Positions 25,420 to 39,031 of a stretch of DNA of 64,000 nucleotides are shown piece after piece. Location of the stretch: positions 20,832,001 to 20,896,000 of the forward strand of contig CM060734.1 of assembly GCA_030704615.1 (NCBI GenBank). Direction: 5' to 3'. Both the position numbers and the translations under genes were made by a program. The notes under the pieces were generated by a model. That model was not told the DNA's origin. It ran no database searches and was given only the letters and a program-made list of their open reading frames with translations. Source of the DNA: Takakia lepidozioides (lineage: Eukaryota > Plantae > Bryophyta). The first letter of the stretch is position 1. Each line of letters starts with the position of its first letter.

Positions 25420-25691
25420 CAGACAGTCATATTTCTGCCCTCTCTCTAAATTCTATCTTGCATCTGAAGGTCCTGTTTTAATGTTAAATTTCTTATTTTT
25501 ATGTCATGAAATTTCAACCTGTTTTACTGTTATTTGATATAACTCCCTAATTGTTATAGAGTCTATACTCTTGGAGCATAACAATTATCTAGGTTTGACT
25601 GTATGCTGCTTTCTGGTAGGTTAGTTGGTGTGCATGTATATTTATTTCCATTGGCCACATCAATTCATCAATTTGTCACTAATGTTTTTAC

Positions 25692-26039
25692 CAACGTTGG
25701 CCGGTTATTTAAATTTCTCTCTAATACCCGGCGGTTACCTATCCAGTTATATATATGACCGGCGGAGGCGGAAAATGAAGTAATTGGTGCAGTTAGGAAC
25801 CGGTGGAGGTCAGGCACTCAAATAACCGAGCAAAGAACCTTTAAGGAACCGCCCGATACTCGCGGTTATCTGATGAACACCGCTGGTTATTTGAGATTTT
25901 TGCAAGTATTAACCGCAACCACAGGTTATATCTAGCCATCAAAAATTTAATAACCGCAACCACAGGTTAGTAGTTTTCTAAAATTTGAAGCAACCGGAAC
26001 CGCCGGTTATGAAAAAAATCAAATACCCGCCCAACACTG
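25692..26039. mobile_element. hAT-type MITE with 8-bp TSD
   Basis: Imperfect TIRs CAACGTTGGCCGGTTATTT / AAATACCCGCCCAACACTG, perfect TSD GTTTTTAC at 25684-25691 and 26040-26047, and internal AACCG repeats. Confidence 0.88.
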
Positions 26040-26099
26040 GTTTTTACTATGTCACATCAGATTTGAGCTAGTACAATTATGTGTGAATGGGCCACAAGA

Positions 26100-26424
26100 T
26101 CTTTTGCACTGATCTTTGCGACATCACAAGCGTCATTTTATAAAAAACGACGTTTTAACCCCCAAGACTGAATCCATGACGCCTAGGGCGTCGAAGAAAA
26201 GGACTTGGCCAACTTGGCACTCCCCTGCTTTTCCCTGGTCGTATTGCGACGCCATAGGCATCGCAGCAGAAGGGAAATTGGCAGTGCCTTGACCGCCTCA
26301 GGCATCGCAAAAAATTTCTGCAACACACAGGGCGTCGCAGAAACCGCCGCGGTGCGGGCGTCGCATGGGAAATGGGGCGGGGGGGGGGGGTTGGGCGTCG
26401 ATAACCCCCCCTTTTGCAGTAGTG
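26100..26424. mobile_element. CACTA transposon end remnant
   Basis: Ends TTTTGCAGTAGTG with multiple GGCGTCG(C/A) subterminal repeats. Confidence 0.6.
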
Positions 26425-29062
26425 AAAGTCTGACCCAGTAGAAGAGTACCTTTCTTACTAAACATCACTCATTTTTCTTCAAAATTCAGAGTCAAGCAGG
26501 GTTGTAATCAGAATCTGAAAAACCCTCAAGACTTCATGTTGTTCAAGTCTATGTTGGACTCCATTCAACAGTTCTACTGTAAATTAACTGTCACAAAGTT
26601 CATCAAAGGAAATCCAACCAGATAGGGATCAAAACATTTCAGCTGTTGTCTCCTATCTTAGAGAGTCTTATCAAAAAACAAAAAACATGGCTCTCAGTCT
26701 GTGTGGGACTGGTGGAACTCCCCTGTCTCTCCGCATTTGTCCTTCTGCAGGTACCATGTCTTGACAGCCTGCAATCCCTCTCAGCTGCGTTCACCATCAC
26801 ATATGTTCATAGAAGGCAGGAAACTCTCACCTGTCGCCCGTCCCAAAAACAACACATCAAAATGAGTGTTCGTGGGATTTTCAAGTCAAGTATAAAGAGG
26901 CCTTGAATTCTTGGCAGATAGGCTATAAGAAACACCATAACCTACAGAATAAGGCAAACTGTAATCAGTCATCAGTCTGCAGAGTCCACAACCCTGGCAG
27001 CAAGAACCTTATTCATGAATGTACATTCAAGTAAGCCATAGGGTTCCTAGAGTAACTAGCTGTAGTATACTCCCTGTTGAGCCCTTCATCAGCTTACTAA
27101 AATGGAAAAACCAAAGGCCAAAGTAGGGTTTATCTCCCTGTCAACAATCAGCAGAGTCCATAGCTCTTGTAGCAAGAACCAGCTCCACGAATGTTCATTC
27201 AAGTAATTCCTAGGGCCCCCCGAGTAATCAGCAGTAGTAAACTTCCTGCATTAATGCCTTTCACAAGTTCATTAGAATCAAAAAACCTTGCAGGGTAGTT
27301 GTTCATCGAACCTTGAAAGCTTGCTGGAGGTCTGCCTGCGACTTTGTTGGTCCGAGTAAGTCGACGGCAACCAAAGTGCAGGTCTACACTACTCTGAACT
27401 ATGCAAGCAACTGTTCATTCAATAACGCAGCAAAGAGGACCAGAAAGGGAATTATCACTCCAACATCTCTCTGAAAGGGAATTATCATTCCAGAAACCAC
27501 TCCCCAAGGTTATCATGATCAAGAAACTCAAAGCACACCTAGGGAAGCCTGCATAGGAAGAATGCCAATGTCTATACAAGATGTTTCTTCCACGCAGTCT
27601 TGGGGGTTCCTGTGAAAGGTATACCAGAAGCCTCTTGGTCTTACAGGTGAACCCGCCAACTCAGAGAGTAGCCATGTATGCCATCATGGCAGGGAGTGCT
27701 ACGTACTTGGGCCACAAACCTCTAATCATATTATAAGATGTTAGATCCCTGGCTGAAATCCCCTGGCTTAGTCCTTTGAAAAAATTACAGAAGAAGCCAA
27801 GCCCGGTATAACATCATGGCAGCAAAACAAAGGAATAAAGATCATAAGAGGGGAGAAGAAGTGCTCCCTTCTATATGTCCTCGCGAAGAGTAGATCACAG
27901 GGCCAGCTGAAAAGAAAAACTCATTGCTTATCAGATCAGCCCCTGTAATATGTCAGTGCCAAGTCACTTGTAATACAATCTTCGCGCCCTCCAGGATTGT
28001 TCCTGTAAAGTATTCCTGCGGAATTGCTTGTAGTACAGAGATCATTGCTGTCAGATCATGATCAAGCCCTTGTATCCTATCAGTGCCAAGTCACTTGTAG
28101 TTCAGGGATGATCTTCACGCCCTCCCAGATTGTGACGAAGGCTTGGTCTGTCGGGAATGTAACACAGCACGTCCAGGGGTCACTCGCAAGGGCAAAAAGA
28201 CTTTGACAAGTCATCATGGAAGCGCACTACCAATGCGTTTATGATCACGCAGGGCTATACAAACCAGGTGGTCTGCGTATTCGTTGTATAAACTCCTCCC
28301 TGTGAGCATCTCATTTCTGACAGCAGGAAGGTACTCTTAGGCCTATGCAGTGTTCGTCAAAAGCTCGTTTGCTCATACGAAAGAGTATGCCTCCCCGTTA
28401 CGCTGCCACGTACATCATCATAATATGATGTGTTACAGGCTTAGTTGGGGCAAAAAGTAAGTTAGTATGTTGCCCTATAATCATAACATGATATGTTTTT
28501 ATTTATTTATTTATTTTCCAAAAATTATCTTGCATTTTATTATGTGAGGGGAAAAAATAAACCCCTGTGGTAAGGCAAACACACCTGACGGTGAGGGGCG
28601 AACTCAGAGTACTTTAACGGAGAGAAATCCATCCAAGAGGATGATGTGGAAAGCTACGATTATGAGAGAAAAAACAGCTAGGAGAGGGCCAAGAGCGAAA
28701 GTAGTGCTCACGAGATGCGAGCTCATGGAATGCTGACTGGCCCTGACAAATTCCTATCATTGCTAACAATGAGAAGATCAACCTAAAAGAGAACCTTGCA
28801 TCTATAGAACAAGGAAGCCACGAAATGATTGAGAGAAAAATTCCTTGGAGAGAACAGCTATGAGCTATCCATATCAAGCAGGGGTTGGAGCCCTAGAGAG
28901 AAGATAAAAGAGAACACTTAGAGAAAGGAATTCTTGAAGACAGAGACCAGGGAGCATGTTTTTGCTGCTGGCGCTGGAGGACGCTACTTGCCGAAGCTAA
29001 GCCGAGTCGAGTTCTTGCCATTGATGTGCTTCCAATTAATTTCCCTATCGAACTCCGGTGAG

Positions 29063-32000
29063 TCATGGTAGCACAGTGATTGCCCCTTGCCAGGAATCCG
29101 GTGGCTCTCTGGTCCAGAGACAAATTGTTGACAAAGAGCAGTTGCATATGATGTTATCTTTTCCCCATGAGCATTTGAATTTGCTGACGAGCTGATATTC
29201 AGCCTCTGGATTCTTTCTGATATCTGCAATCAATTTTGCCCAGGCCTTTCTACCCTCAATTTGCACCTCATGGAGTATTGTAGATAAAAGCACAGAGAGA
29301 CAAGTCTTCTCTCTATTTAAAACCCACAAACATCTTACTTTCCAGATGTTCCATAGAGAGATAGATCTGATCGCCTCATAAACTGGACAATGACTGTGAA
29401 TGTTGTGAAGGTTTCCATCATAGTTAAGAAGCTTGTGGGTTGCCGAGGGTATCCCAAGTTCCCATATCTGCATGATGGGAGTGAGGCAGGGCCAGGTTTT
29501 TGATGGGATACTGCAACGGAGAAGACAGTGCTCCAGAGATTCTGTCATCCCTATGCTGCAGCATTTGCAAATTAATGCCTCTAAGAATGCCAGCCACGAA
29601 CCTACTTTCAGAACCCTATTTGCAACCTGCCACAGAAAGGCTGCCCACTTTGGCAGGCCTGACCTTGTTCCATATGTATGAGATTCCATCTAGCCATATT
29701 CAAGCTATAGCCAGCCCATTTGGAGGCCCATTTATCCTGAAATTGCTGAGGCTTTAGCAGCGAACGATATGTTGCCTTGGCTGAATAGTTGAAGAACGAA
29801 GGACAGGAAGCTCCAAAATTCCAAGACCATTCCTTTGGGTCCACCATGACCCCCATAAGGGGCACTCCTTCCACCCAGAGAAATAGTTGAGATGAGAGCC
29901 AATCATTTAGGGGTTGATCCTTTGGAACAGACGGGTTCATTTCTCTTTCAGGAGAAGACCACTGACAGATACGAACTGGAGTGAACTGCCCAGCAGAGAT
30001 AGTCACTGGATTCAATGATTCCACCACGAGAAAGTTTGATAGCTCAATTTTGTTTAGAACTATACCCTTAAAGTGGATGGGCCGTGCTTCAGTGATGTAT
30101 ATAACCTGATGAAGGGCTGCTGAGCAGGTGACCCAGCTACCAGGGCGAGCTTGCTGAGGCCCTGCCGAGAGAGTTTGAATCCAGTTGTCAGGAATATTTT
30201 GAATCAATTGGTGGTAGCCTAACGTCCCTCTTTGACGACCAACTATTGGAATTATTTGGTCCAAAGGTAGAAAATCCCGACCGCCCCAAATGTCTTTGAT
30301 TTGGGCTATGTTTAAATTATCCCAGGCACAGAGGCTCTGTCTGCAGCGGAAGGGTTGTTGCAATTGAGGGTAAGGGATTGGCGCATGGTTTCCTCATATG
30401 ATTTTGGGTCCTCTTTAACCAACCTGGGCCGAATGGTTCTCCAAACATCCCATATGGCTCTCCATAAAGGGGAACCATTAGATTTGTGTCTAAAACCCTG
30501 TGTGATCCATCGGAGAGATGGGCTCCATGTTTTGGTTTTGAGGGGGGAACTTTTGAGAATGTGCTGATAAACTAGATGCTTCCACCATCCACCTTCAGGC
30601 CCTAATAGTCTTACTATCCATTTACCCAAGAGTGCCGATATTTGGGTTCCTGGATCAATGATCCCCAAGCCACCTTTCTTTTTTGGAAGGCAAATCTGGG
30701 CCCAAGAGACAGCTGGTCTAGGGCTTCTGGCATCTGAATCTGCGCCCCATATGAAGTTACGGATGGTTTTTTGGACCTGTTTGATCTGTGGGGCTGAGGG
30801 GCTCCAAACCGAAGCAAAGTACCACATGCTGGCCAGAAGAATCTGGTTGGCTACAAGAGCCCTTCCAGTAATTGAAAGATGACGGGAACCCCAGTAAACT
30901 AGCTTCTTTTTGAGCTTGACTATGACATGGCCAACCTTTGGTCGTCCGAAAGGTTAATCCCAAATGGGTGCCCAAGCAAGGTAGTGGCATCCCCTTGTTG
31001 CAGCCATTTGAGACCGAGATTCCCTCCCCAATTAGAGCTAAACCCAGCAGGTATGGTGGCTGTGTCCCCAGCAAGGACGGCAACTGTTTTTGCCCAATTA
31101 ACTTTAAAACCAGAGGCTTCACAAAAGGTAGCGAGAGGTTCAGTTGCCTCCTGCATGTTGGCATCCGAGGCCTGAAGGTATAAAACCGTGTCGTCTACAA
31201 ACATTGAGTCTTTGATCTAGAGGTCATTGTTGGCTTGGGTTTTGATTTGGAGCCCGGTTATATTTGGGTTGTTGTCCAAGAGATATCCTAGAGAGTCTGC
31301 CACTATGAGGAAGAGGAATGGGGCCAGTGGGCATCTTTGGAGGTCAAAATTTTTGGAGATGAATCCATTCACTGAAACCCTACTGGATGCGTTGAGGAGG
31401 AGTATTTCGACCCAGCGACAAAAGTCATTTGAGAGTCCTGTTTTTTGGAGAGTCGCAAACAGCATTGGCCATTCAACCTTATCAAACGCTTTTTCAAAGT
31501 CCAAAAGAAGCATAGCTATGTGTTGCCCAGTGGATTCTGCATAGATTGGGGTCTCTTGTGCCAACAGAATATTGTCAAGGATATATCTTCCCTTGACGAA
31601 CCCAGCTTGACCAGGCCTAATGATGGTTGGAAGGAGAGGCTGGAGACGAACGGCTAATGCCTTTGCAATGATCTTGTATGAAACATTGAGCAATGTTATG
31701 GGCCTATAGTTTGAGATCTGCTTTCTATCTCCTTTTTTGAAGAGAAGAGTAATAATTCCTTGAGCCATTTGTCTTGGCATGGATCCTTTTCTTTTGATCT
31801 CATTTGCCATTGCACAGAAGTCCTTTGATAATACCTGCCAGAGGGCGCTGTAAAATTCAACAGACATACCGTCTATGCCCGGAGATTTTCATTTGGACAT
31901 AAGCTTCAAGGCTTTCGAGAGCTCAGTTTCAGTGAATTCTCCATCCAGAGAGGTTGCGCCTGATTGGGTGAGCTTGGTTTGATGATTGCGCAGGCATATT

Positions 32001-33329
32001 TCCCTGGCCACAGCAATGCTTTTGCGAGTCCGTCTTTGTTTGAAGAGCCCTGCAAAGTGTGAGTGCGCTGTTGAAACCATTTGTTTGGGATCTGAGGAAG
32101 AGTGGCCCAATGGGTCTTGCAGCTCTGAGATAATCTGGGTGGTTCTACGAACTTGAACTTTCTCGAAGAAATATTTCGACATTTTTTCCCCCTTTGAAGC
32201 CCAGTTGATACCTGCCTGCAATTTATACTTTTGCTCCCTTATAGAGTCGAAGGCTTCAAGGTTCCGCCTGGCTTCATGATATGTTTGCAGCGATAATGTG
32301 TCCAGTTTCCCAAGTTCTAGGAGCCTTTGGCATGTTCCGAGACATTTCTTGAGAGCAAGTACTTTACACTGTCTCTGGATGGCTATTTGGGAACTGAGGG
32401 TTTGAGCAGTGATGGTTGTTTGTTTGAGTTTGGCTTGAAACCGCTCAATAGGGCAGAGTACTTCATTGGCTGTGGAGGCCCATGTGGATTCAAGTGCTAG
32501 TTTAAAGGCTGGGTGTGGCAGCAGGGATGGATTAAATCTGAACCATCCCTTGCCTCTTTTTGGCAGGTTTGGGAGATTGATTTGACAGGAAATGCATGCA
32601 TGGTCAAACTCTTGGAAAATAGGCTCTTGAGGAAGCATTTCTGCCCAGGGGGATAGCCTTGGCGAGAGGTAAAGCCTGTCTAGCCTTGCCATACAGATAT
32701 CAGCACCTGCTCTGTCGTTTGTCCATGTAAAACACAGATGGCTGCTGGCGGTTCTGGCTTTGGACGGTTCAGACAATGAGAAGTTGTTTCTAATTCGTTG
32801 CCATGATGTGGCCTCACCATCACCCAGACCCTGGGCAGCAGCCCCCAGCCTGTCTTTTACACTCTCAACCATGTTGAGGTCATCCATCAGTAACCATTGC
32901 TCAACTGAGAGTTCGGCCTCCATTTTTGTGTGTAGGTTTGCCCAGAAAGCCTCCCTCTCGGCTGATGAGTTAGGGGCGTACAAATTGACAATGCCTATTG
33001 TTCCCGCGGTATTGGGAAGGATGATAGAGATGAATTGACCTCTGCCTTGGAACCACATCTCTAATCAGGGCAGCTATTGAGGGAGAAAGAAGGATCGTTG
33101 TTCCTCCTCTTGATCCTTCTATGGTTGGTTTCCAAAAGCTATGGGCTGCGGGCCAGAGTTGATCCCCCAAAGATGAGATTTTGGTCAAGTCAAGTTTATG
33201 TTCTTGTAACAAGATAATAGTTTTTTTATTTAACAACGGGGAAAGCCAGGTTTTAAGTTTCGCCTTTTTGAGGGAGGACTGAGTGGATCCAATCCCTCTA
33301 ATATTCCACGAGTGGATTTTAACCAGCAT
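29063..33329 (-). pseudogene. L1 ORF2 (APE endonuclease, RT, zf-RVT) with several frameshifts
   Basis: Endonuclease: SWNIRG, LLQEHK, NLYAPN, RLDRLY, DH. RT: YRPITLLN, QAGFVKGR, LDFEKAFD, FVDD. C-terminal C..C....ESLEHCLLRC and SLWNIWKVR. Confidence 0.92.
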
Positions 33330-34615
33330 TTAAGGGAAAGGATGGGCCAAGAGTTGGGCTCTTATTTGATGGCCTTGAGGATGAGAATGAGAATCTTGCT
33401 CTCCTGTCCAAAGGAAGTAAGGAACATTCCCATACTAGGTTTTTTGGGAGCTTTCGATGGGGCGATAGGAGCTGGATGAATAACACCCTTGCCAGGGTAT
33501 GGGTGGAAGATTCAGGTATAGGTTTGAATTGTTTTGTGCAGGCCATAGAAAATTCTGCTGGAGCCAGACTGGGGGTTGGCTCCGCAACTAGGCCAATGGA
33601 GGCTACGATGGTTTGCGTCTGAAGGTTTGACAGTGGCTGAGTTGCTTGGTTCAGATTTGGAGCTAAGTGCATGGTTTGGGGACTCCACCAGATGATGGTA
33701 GGGTTTTGGTTTTCTTCCCCTTTTTGTTGACAGGCTTCCTGCATAGCACCATGCATCTCTACAAATCTGTAGCTTTCCTAGAGAAAATGAATACAATGAG
33801 TGGATTGGGGAGTACCTGAGCCTCCATGTTGGCTGGTTGTGCTAGGAGAAAAGGCAGCTTGAGGATAGGTGATGTGTGATTGAGCCTAGCCTTTCCCTTG
33901 GCAGCATCCTGCCTCCCCCTTGATTTGACCGCCATCAGGGATTCTTGGGCCGATTCCACCGAGTCCTCCGAGAGACTAGCCGTGAATCTCTGCTTGGTGG
34001 ATTGCATGCCTTCCTCCGCCTCTAGCAAAGCAGAGAGCATTGCAAAACCATTGTGAAGCGTATCCTTTGTTCGAAACTGAGCCTGTTGTGTGCACCAGGG
34101 ATCCGAACTACTCTTCTCACGGACCCAAATGTCACAGAGGGGGGGGCAGATTAGAGCATAGGTGCTCCACATTTATGAGGGCCAGAACCTGTGTGGAGGG
34201 GCCGTCACTCAGGCCAGGGTATGCCTCAATGTAGGAAGCCCAAGAGATTGGAACAGAGCTTGAAAGTGAAAACTGTGGGAGATGTATATGAAAGTATTCC
34301 TCAATCTTTTTTCTGAGAGTAGGGATAGGGCTATCATCTATGGGCTCTTTGATGACGTTTGAATGTCCATTGTTGTGATCCACAGAGATTCCATCCCCTC
34401 CCTGTCAGGGGATGTGATCAGAATTCTCGGTTCATCCTTGCTGCAGAATATCAGCAGGGTAATGCAAGTGGCTTGGGGTTTCTTTGAAGAGACCAGCTGA
34501 GTGCATCCACGGAGAGAGAGAGTGGGGAAGGTCCGCAACCTCAGGCATATATTAGCAATTATAGGGTTAAGTGTAATTCCTATGTTTGCATCTGGATTTT
34601 GAAAGTCAATTGATC

Positions 34616-36325
34616 TCATAGGGGCCCTTGAGTTGGAGGGGAGCCCAGTGATTTCATGATTTGGATGTGACATTGCGGGTGTTGTTGGGGTATCTTCAGA
34701 ATCACAAGAATTGTTGTGGATGTGATGATTGGCCCATGTTGTGGGGATGACTGATCTCGTGGGGCCTCCATGATCACTGAATTCCGCTGTAACTCCGGTA
34801 TTGGTGACCACAGAATGCCAGCTGACATCTCCTCGCCGCCATGGATATACTGGAGGGGGGACCTGGTGTTCACTACAGATCTGGAGATGTCATTTTCCAG
34901 CTCCATTGGGTCATTTGGTCTGCGGTGTTTTTTGGCAGTTGGTGCTGCTGATGATGATGGAATCCCATATAGGGACCATCCAGGGCTATCACCATAGATA
35001 CCAGGTGTAGTTTGTTTTAAAGCAGCTGCCTGATCCTGACTAGGCCTTGACTGAGTTGAGGGTACTTTCTCTTTAGAAGAGGCATTCCCCATAGGTGCTT
35101 GCATAGTCTGAGTTGAGGGTACTTTCTCCCTAGAAGAGGCATTCCCCAGAGGCGCTTTGGACCCATTGGTGTAGATGTCGTTTGCTGGTGTTATTTGAAT
35201 CCTGTGAGAGGTTGCAATCAGCGGAGCAGAGGCTGCCAGAAGTGAAGTGGAGGCCAATTGGATTGGGGAGTGGCGTTTTCTCTTTCCAATAGGACAGTCT
35301 GCTTTCATATGACCCTGCTTTCCACAGTTGAAACAACCTGTACCAGGCGAGTCTTCCATTAGTTTGACTGAGAAGAAGTTTCCCTTGTTGTCTATGGGCA
35401 GCCTGATGTAGCTTGGGATTTTGCCCTCATTGGGCATCATAATCACAATTTTGGGCAAACCATTCTCCTTCATTTTGGAAGCAATTGTGACTCCTTTCCA
35501 TGCTTGTTCTTTTCTCAAGTTGTCCAGACACATCTCATGATCAAAAACAGCCAGACAACCTCGGTAGTAACCAAAGGAATTCCCAATGTTTGGGAGGAAA
35601 TATAGGTATTGATCTGGGATTCCATAGACAGTAACGATCCTTGGGGCCCAAATTTTCCCACTCATGTTACCCATCTGAGGAGACCATGGAAAAATGTTAA
35701 CATTGAACCCCAGTTTGTGGGGGTTGAACGCCAGGGCATGATCTGCTGCTGCTTTTGTTTCAAACATTATGGAAAAAAAACCACGTCCTTTCGGATGACA
35801 AAAATGTTGCTGCAGATCGCCCAATCCTCCAAGGTGTGAGGTCACCCAGTCCCTTACATCGGTTCTGTTTTGCTTCTTCCCGGGAAAATGCAGGAGAATA
35901 CCTCGTTCCTGGCATCCAGAGACCTTGTCACAAAGGGAATCAAAATCAATGGCTATCGAGAGCGCCACTTCTTCCATTTCTGCCTGAGATTCTTCAATAT
36001 CGCCATCCTCAGACAATGCTCCCTCTGGCTCGATGGGCATACTGGAGGCAGTGTGAGGTGGGGGGACTGATCGGTTAGCTAAAGACACTGCAGCAGTGGC
36101 CAAGGCATTGACATTGTCGTTGTCCATTGGTCCTGAAGACGCCGCTCCAATGGCTAAGGCACGGATGTTGTCCATTTGACCTGTTGCTTGAGCCTGGTGG
36201 GCCAGAAAGAAGGCATCACCCGATTGCCTCAAATGCCTGGCAGGTGGGGGCACATGCATGCTTGAGCAATTGATTCTGCTCCTGGGGTTGCTGCGTGCAC
36301 CCTTGAACTGAAAATTAGGACCCAT
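34616..36325 (-). CDS. L1 ORF1 (RRM/DUF4283-like region plus CCHC zinc knuckle)
   Basis: 569-aa ORF upstream of ORF2 containing KGRGFFSIMF and CFNCGKQGHMKADCP. It may originally have continued through frameshifted pieces to ~33760. Confidence 0.82.
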   Translation of the reverse strand: MGPNFQFKGARSNPRSRINCSSMHVPPPARHLRQSGDAFFLAHQAQATGQMDNIRALAIGAASSGPMDNDNVNALATAAVSLANRSVPPPHTASSMPIEPEGALSEDGDIEESQAEMEEVALSIAIDFDSLCDKVSGCQERGILLHFPGKKQNRTDVRDWVTSHLGGLGDLQQHFCHPKGRGFFSIMFETKAAADHALAFNPHKLGFNVNIFPWSPQMGNMSGKIWAPRIVTVYGIPDQYLYFLPNIGNSFGYYRGCLAVFDHEMCLDNLRKEQAWKGVTIASKMKENGLPKIVIMMPNEGKIPSYIRLPIDNKGNFFSVKLMEDSPGTGCFNCGKQGHMKADCPIGKRKRHSPIQLASTSLLAASAPLIATSHRIQITPANDIYTNGSKAPLGNASSREKVPSTQTMQAPMGNASSKEKVPSTQSRPSQDQAAALKQTTPGIYGDSPGWSLYGIPSSSAAPTAKKHRRPNDPMELENDISRSVVNTRSPLQYIHGGEEMSAGILWSPIPELQRNSVIMEAPRDQSSPQHGPIITSTTILVILKIPQQHPQCHIQIMKSLGSPPTQGPL

Positions 36326-39031
36326 CTTCGACCAATAAAGAGAGGTTCGCTTAATCGATAGAGGGAGATGTGGCTTGCCCAGAGTCTAGAACACGATCTG
36401 GAGAGAGGCTTGGGGAGAGACACCCTTGGTATAGGCAAAAGGTGGTGGAAGGATGAGAGTAGTGAGAGGCGGCCTCAGCCTTTAATGAATGATAGCTACA
36501 GTCAGGCCAAAATATCGGCACTGTGAGAATGGGGGCACATTGAAGTGAAAGATTTTCTCGAAAAAAGCATCAAGATGAAGGTAGATGGATACATGTTTGT
36601 GTTTAGATAGGCTTTGATGAAGATTGATTTGTAGTTGAAAAATTATGGAGCTCCGTTCATCAGGGGGCTTCTTGCTTTGATGAGCCTGAGTAAAGGATTG
36701 CAAGTAGAAGAGACGGCAAAGACGGTGACGGTTAGACAGGAAGGAAAGTGGCTTTGTCTCGCATATCGCTGATCGCTCAACGAGCTTGAGTTACCGTTGC
36801 TTCTCTCCCCTCACCGCAACATGCGGAGCTACATCTCGCCTTCTCCCTTACGTTTTTTTATATGTTACAGATTAAACAAGGGCCAAAAAGACTTGCATAA
36901 ATCATCATTGTTTCACACCACTAGTGAGCTAGCATGATGCCACACATGGCTTCACCTGCCAGTTTCAGTGGTCCAGGGGTCGAAACCCCACGGTTTAAGT
37001 GGCAAGGTGTGACAACAAGGTGAGACAACCTACTTTCAGTTAAGCCATGAAACTCGATGAAAATAAGATTGAACCCTGTGTGAGATCCCAACATCCAGGA
37101 AAAAAAAACATATATGGTTATTCCTGGTTTAACATTCATCTTGTGTAGTCCAGGGGTCAAATCCCATAGGTAATAAAACTTGCTCTCTGCAAATTTATTG
37201 GGGATATACTGGCGACATAATAAGCACTTTCATGGATGAAACAACATTTGGACCTTGTACCAGATCTTGAAATCCAGGAAAAATAGCACGGGGCTGTGCC
37301 TGGTTTAGACAGAAACATGTATCTTAAACAGCCACCAGGATGAAAATATTCAACACTATTTTTATGGTGACCATAACCAGCAAGTCCCAAGGACAAAAAA
37401 TCATTGGACCAGGTCTGAGACAATTTTTAATTTAACCAGTATCCAAATGGTCCAGGGATCAAACTTCAAGGACCTCAAATGTAGGAATATTGAAAAACCA
37501 ATCAATGGACCAGGAATACTCCCCGTCATCCAGTTAGGTCTTAGAATGATTGAGAGCTCTCTTTTTCAAAACAATTCCCTTAACATAAGTCCCCTTCCAA
37601 TCTTTTAAATCCGATTGGATTTAGGTGAGGGGGAACATCAGGTTATTAATTTGTCCATCTCAGGTTATCCAGACATGTAAATGTCTTGGTCTAACAAATG
37701 AAAGGTTCCTCCATGTTGTTTTTCTTTAAAGAAAGAACTTGAATCAACAGCAACAAGATTGAAGAGAGGGAGAGAGAGGGAGAGAGGGAGCCCTCCACCA
37801 TATCCCCTGGTATGATCCCTTATAGAGAGTAAGTGAGTGTGGTATGCGCTCACCCCTCAGGGGAGTGCATACCAGACTCAATCTCTTTAAAACAAACCCT
37901 CTTTCTCCGTAGTGTAGTCGAGTATTGGGAAAATCCAATCCACTCATTTACCCTATATTCTCAACAATCATCCACTTTTTAGAACTCCAAAGATATACAG
38001 AATTCACGGGATCAGACCCAAGTAGTAAGGACATAAGACTACCTTAGATAAAGGGCTATGTGAAATAGGCGTCAGCCATGGAGAACAGAGTAGATGTAAC
38101 TATACATTGACCGGATCATGTAGAAGGTATATACGAGCTCCAACTACCACTGTTTCACTCCAAGCTTAGCTCATGTTCCACACCAGACTTTATACAAGGC
38201 ATACATTCTATCCTGACAAACATCCACTGGTAGGCCCATGGAGTAGTTTGTTAAAAAACAAACAAATTGTTTGTTTGAAAAAAAAAGGTGGTCACAGAGC
38301 TTACAAAAATTTGTACCTGTGCACCACCAGAATTCTGTGTTGAGCCCTCGACCATAAGATGGTTACAAAAAAAGCTCCAAACCTATATATGGAAAAGTCT
38401 CTTTGAAAGGCAGTCCTAACAAAAAGTGATTACTCTGACGTTCAGATAACTGGTAGACAATAGATCAAAAGGGCAGTTCAAAGCCCTTGAAACATCAAGC
38501 CCAGTTGAAATGAAAGAGTACATACGGGAATTCCATAGAGCAATATCATGGTAAATCACCTGAGCCCTATGAGCATCCGTATCCTCGGGAAGGTGTGTTA
38601 CTGTTTGACAGGAATCAGTATCCATGGGATACTCACTGCTCCACTCCAAGACCCATTTGTTTCCATTCTGTTCCCATCCCCAAGATTCAAGAGGTAACAT
38701 GAGAGACAGATATTAAACATGTATGAGGTCATAAAATGATAGTGTATACGGACACCACTCCGTATATTGGGCAAAGAAGACAAAGGGTAATTGGACTTGT
38801 CTTGTCGAGACAAGGATAGTTCAGTCAGTAAAAATTGGACTGGAAACTGGAAATGACAAATCAGCCCAATAACAGGGCACTATCATTAAAGGACCCGGAC
38901 CAGGTTTAATCAGGAAATAAATAGGGTGGGAGGGTGTGTTAACCGGTGGTTCGTGACTTAGGCAAAATGGGCTTTTAACAGTGCAGCCCATTTCCCCGAG
39001 GCACTTATCATAGGTTGTCCGACGGTATGTC

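Larger units (their letters stand above)
28498..36859 (-). mobile_element. Full-length L1-clade LINE (~8.4 kb) with frameshifted ORF2
   Basis: Has ORF1 and ORF2, an (AAAT)n tail at ~28498-28517, and TSD ATATGTT at 28491-28497 and 36860-36866. Removing the element restores a local repeat (..ATGATATGTTACAG versus ..ATGATGTGTTACAG at ~28425). Confidence 0.9.

Noticed and set aside
26480-28300. Coding potential in local duplications (26963-27250, 27920-28135) and an EGFSDSDY Copia-like peptide
   Set aside because: The frames I translated have frequent stops and no supporting neighbouring motifs.
37660-38820. Minus-strand short ORFs as a protein-coding gene
   Set aside because: The candidate exons do not join into a phase-consistent, recognisable protein, and one implied intron is only 36 nt.
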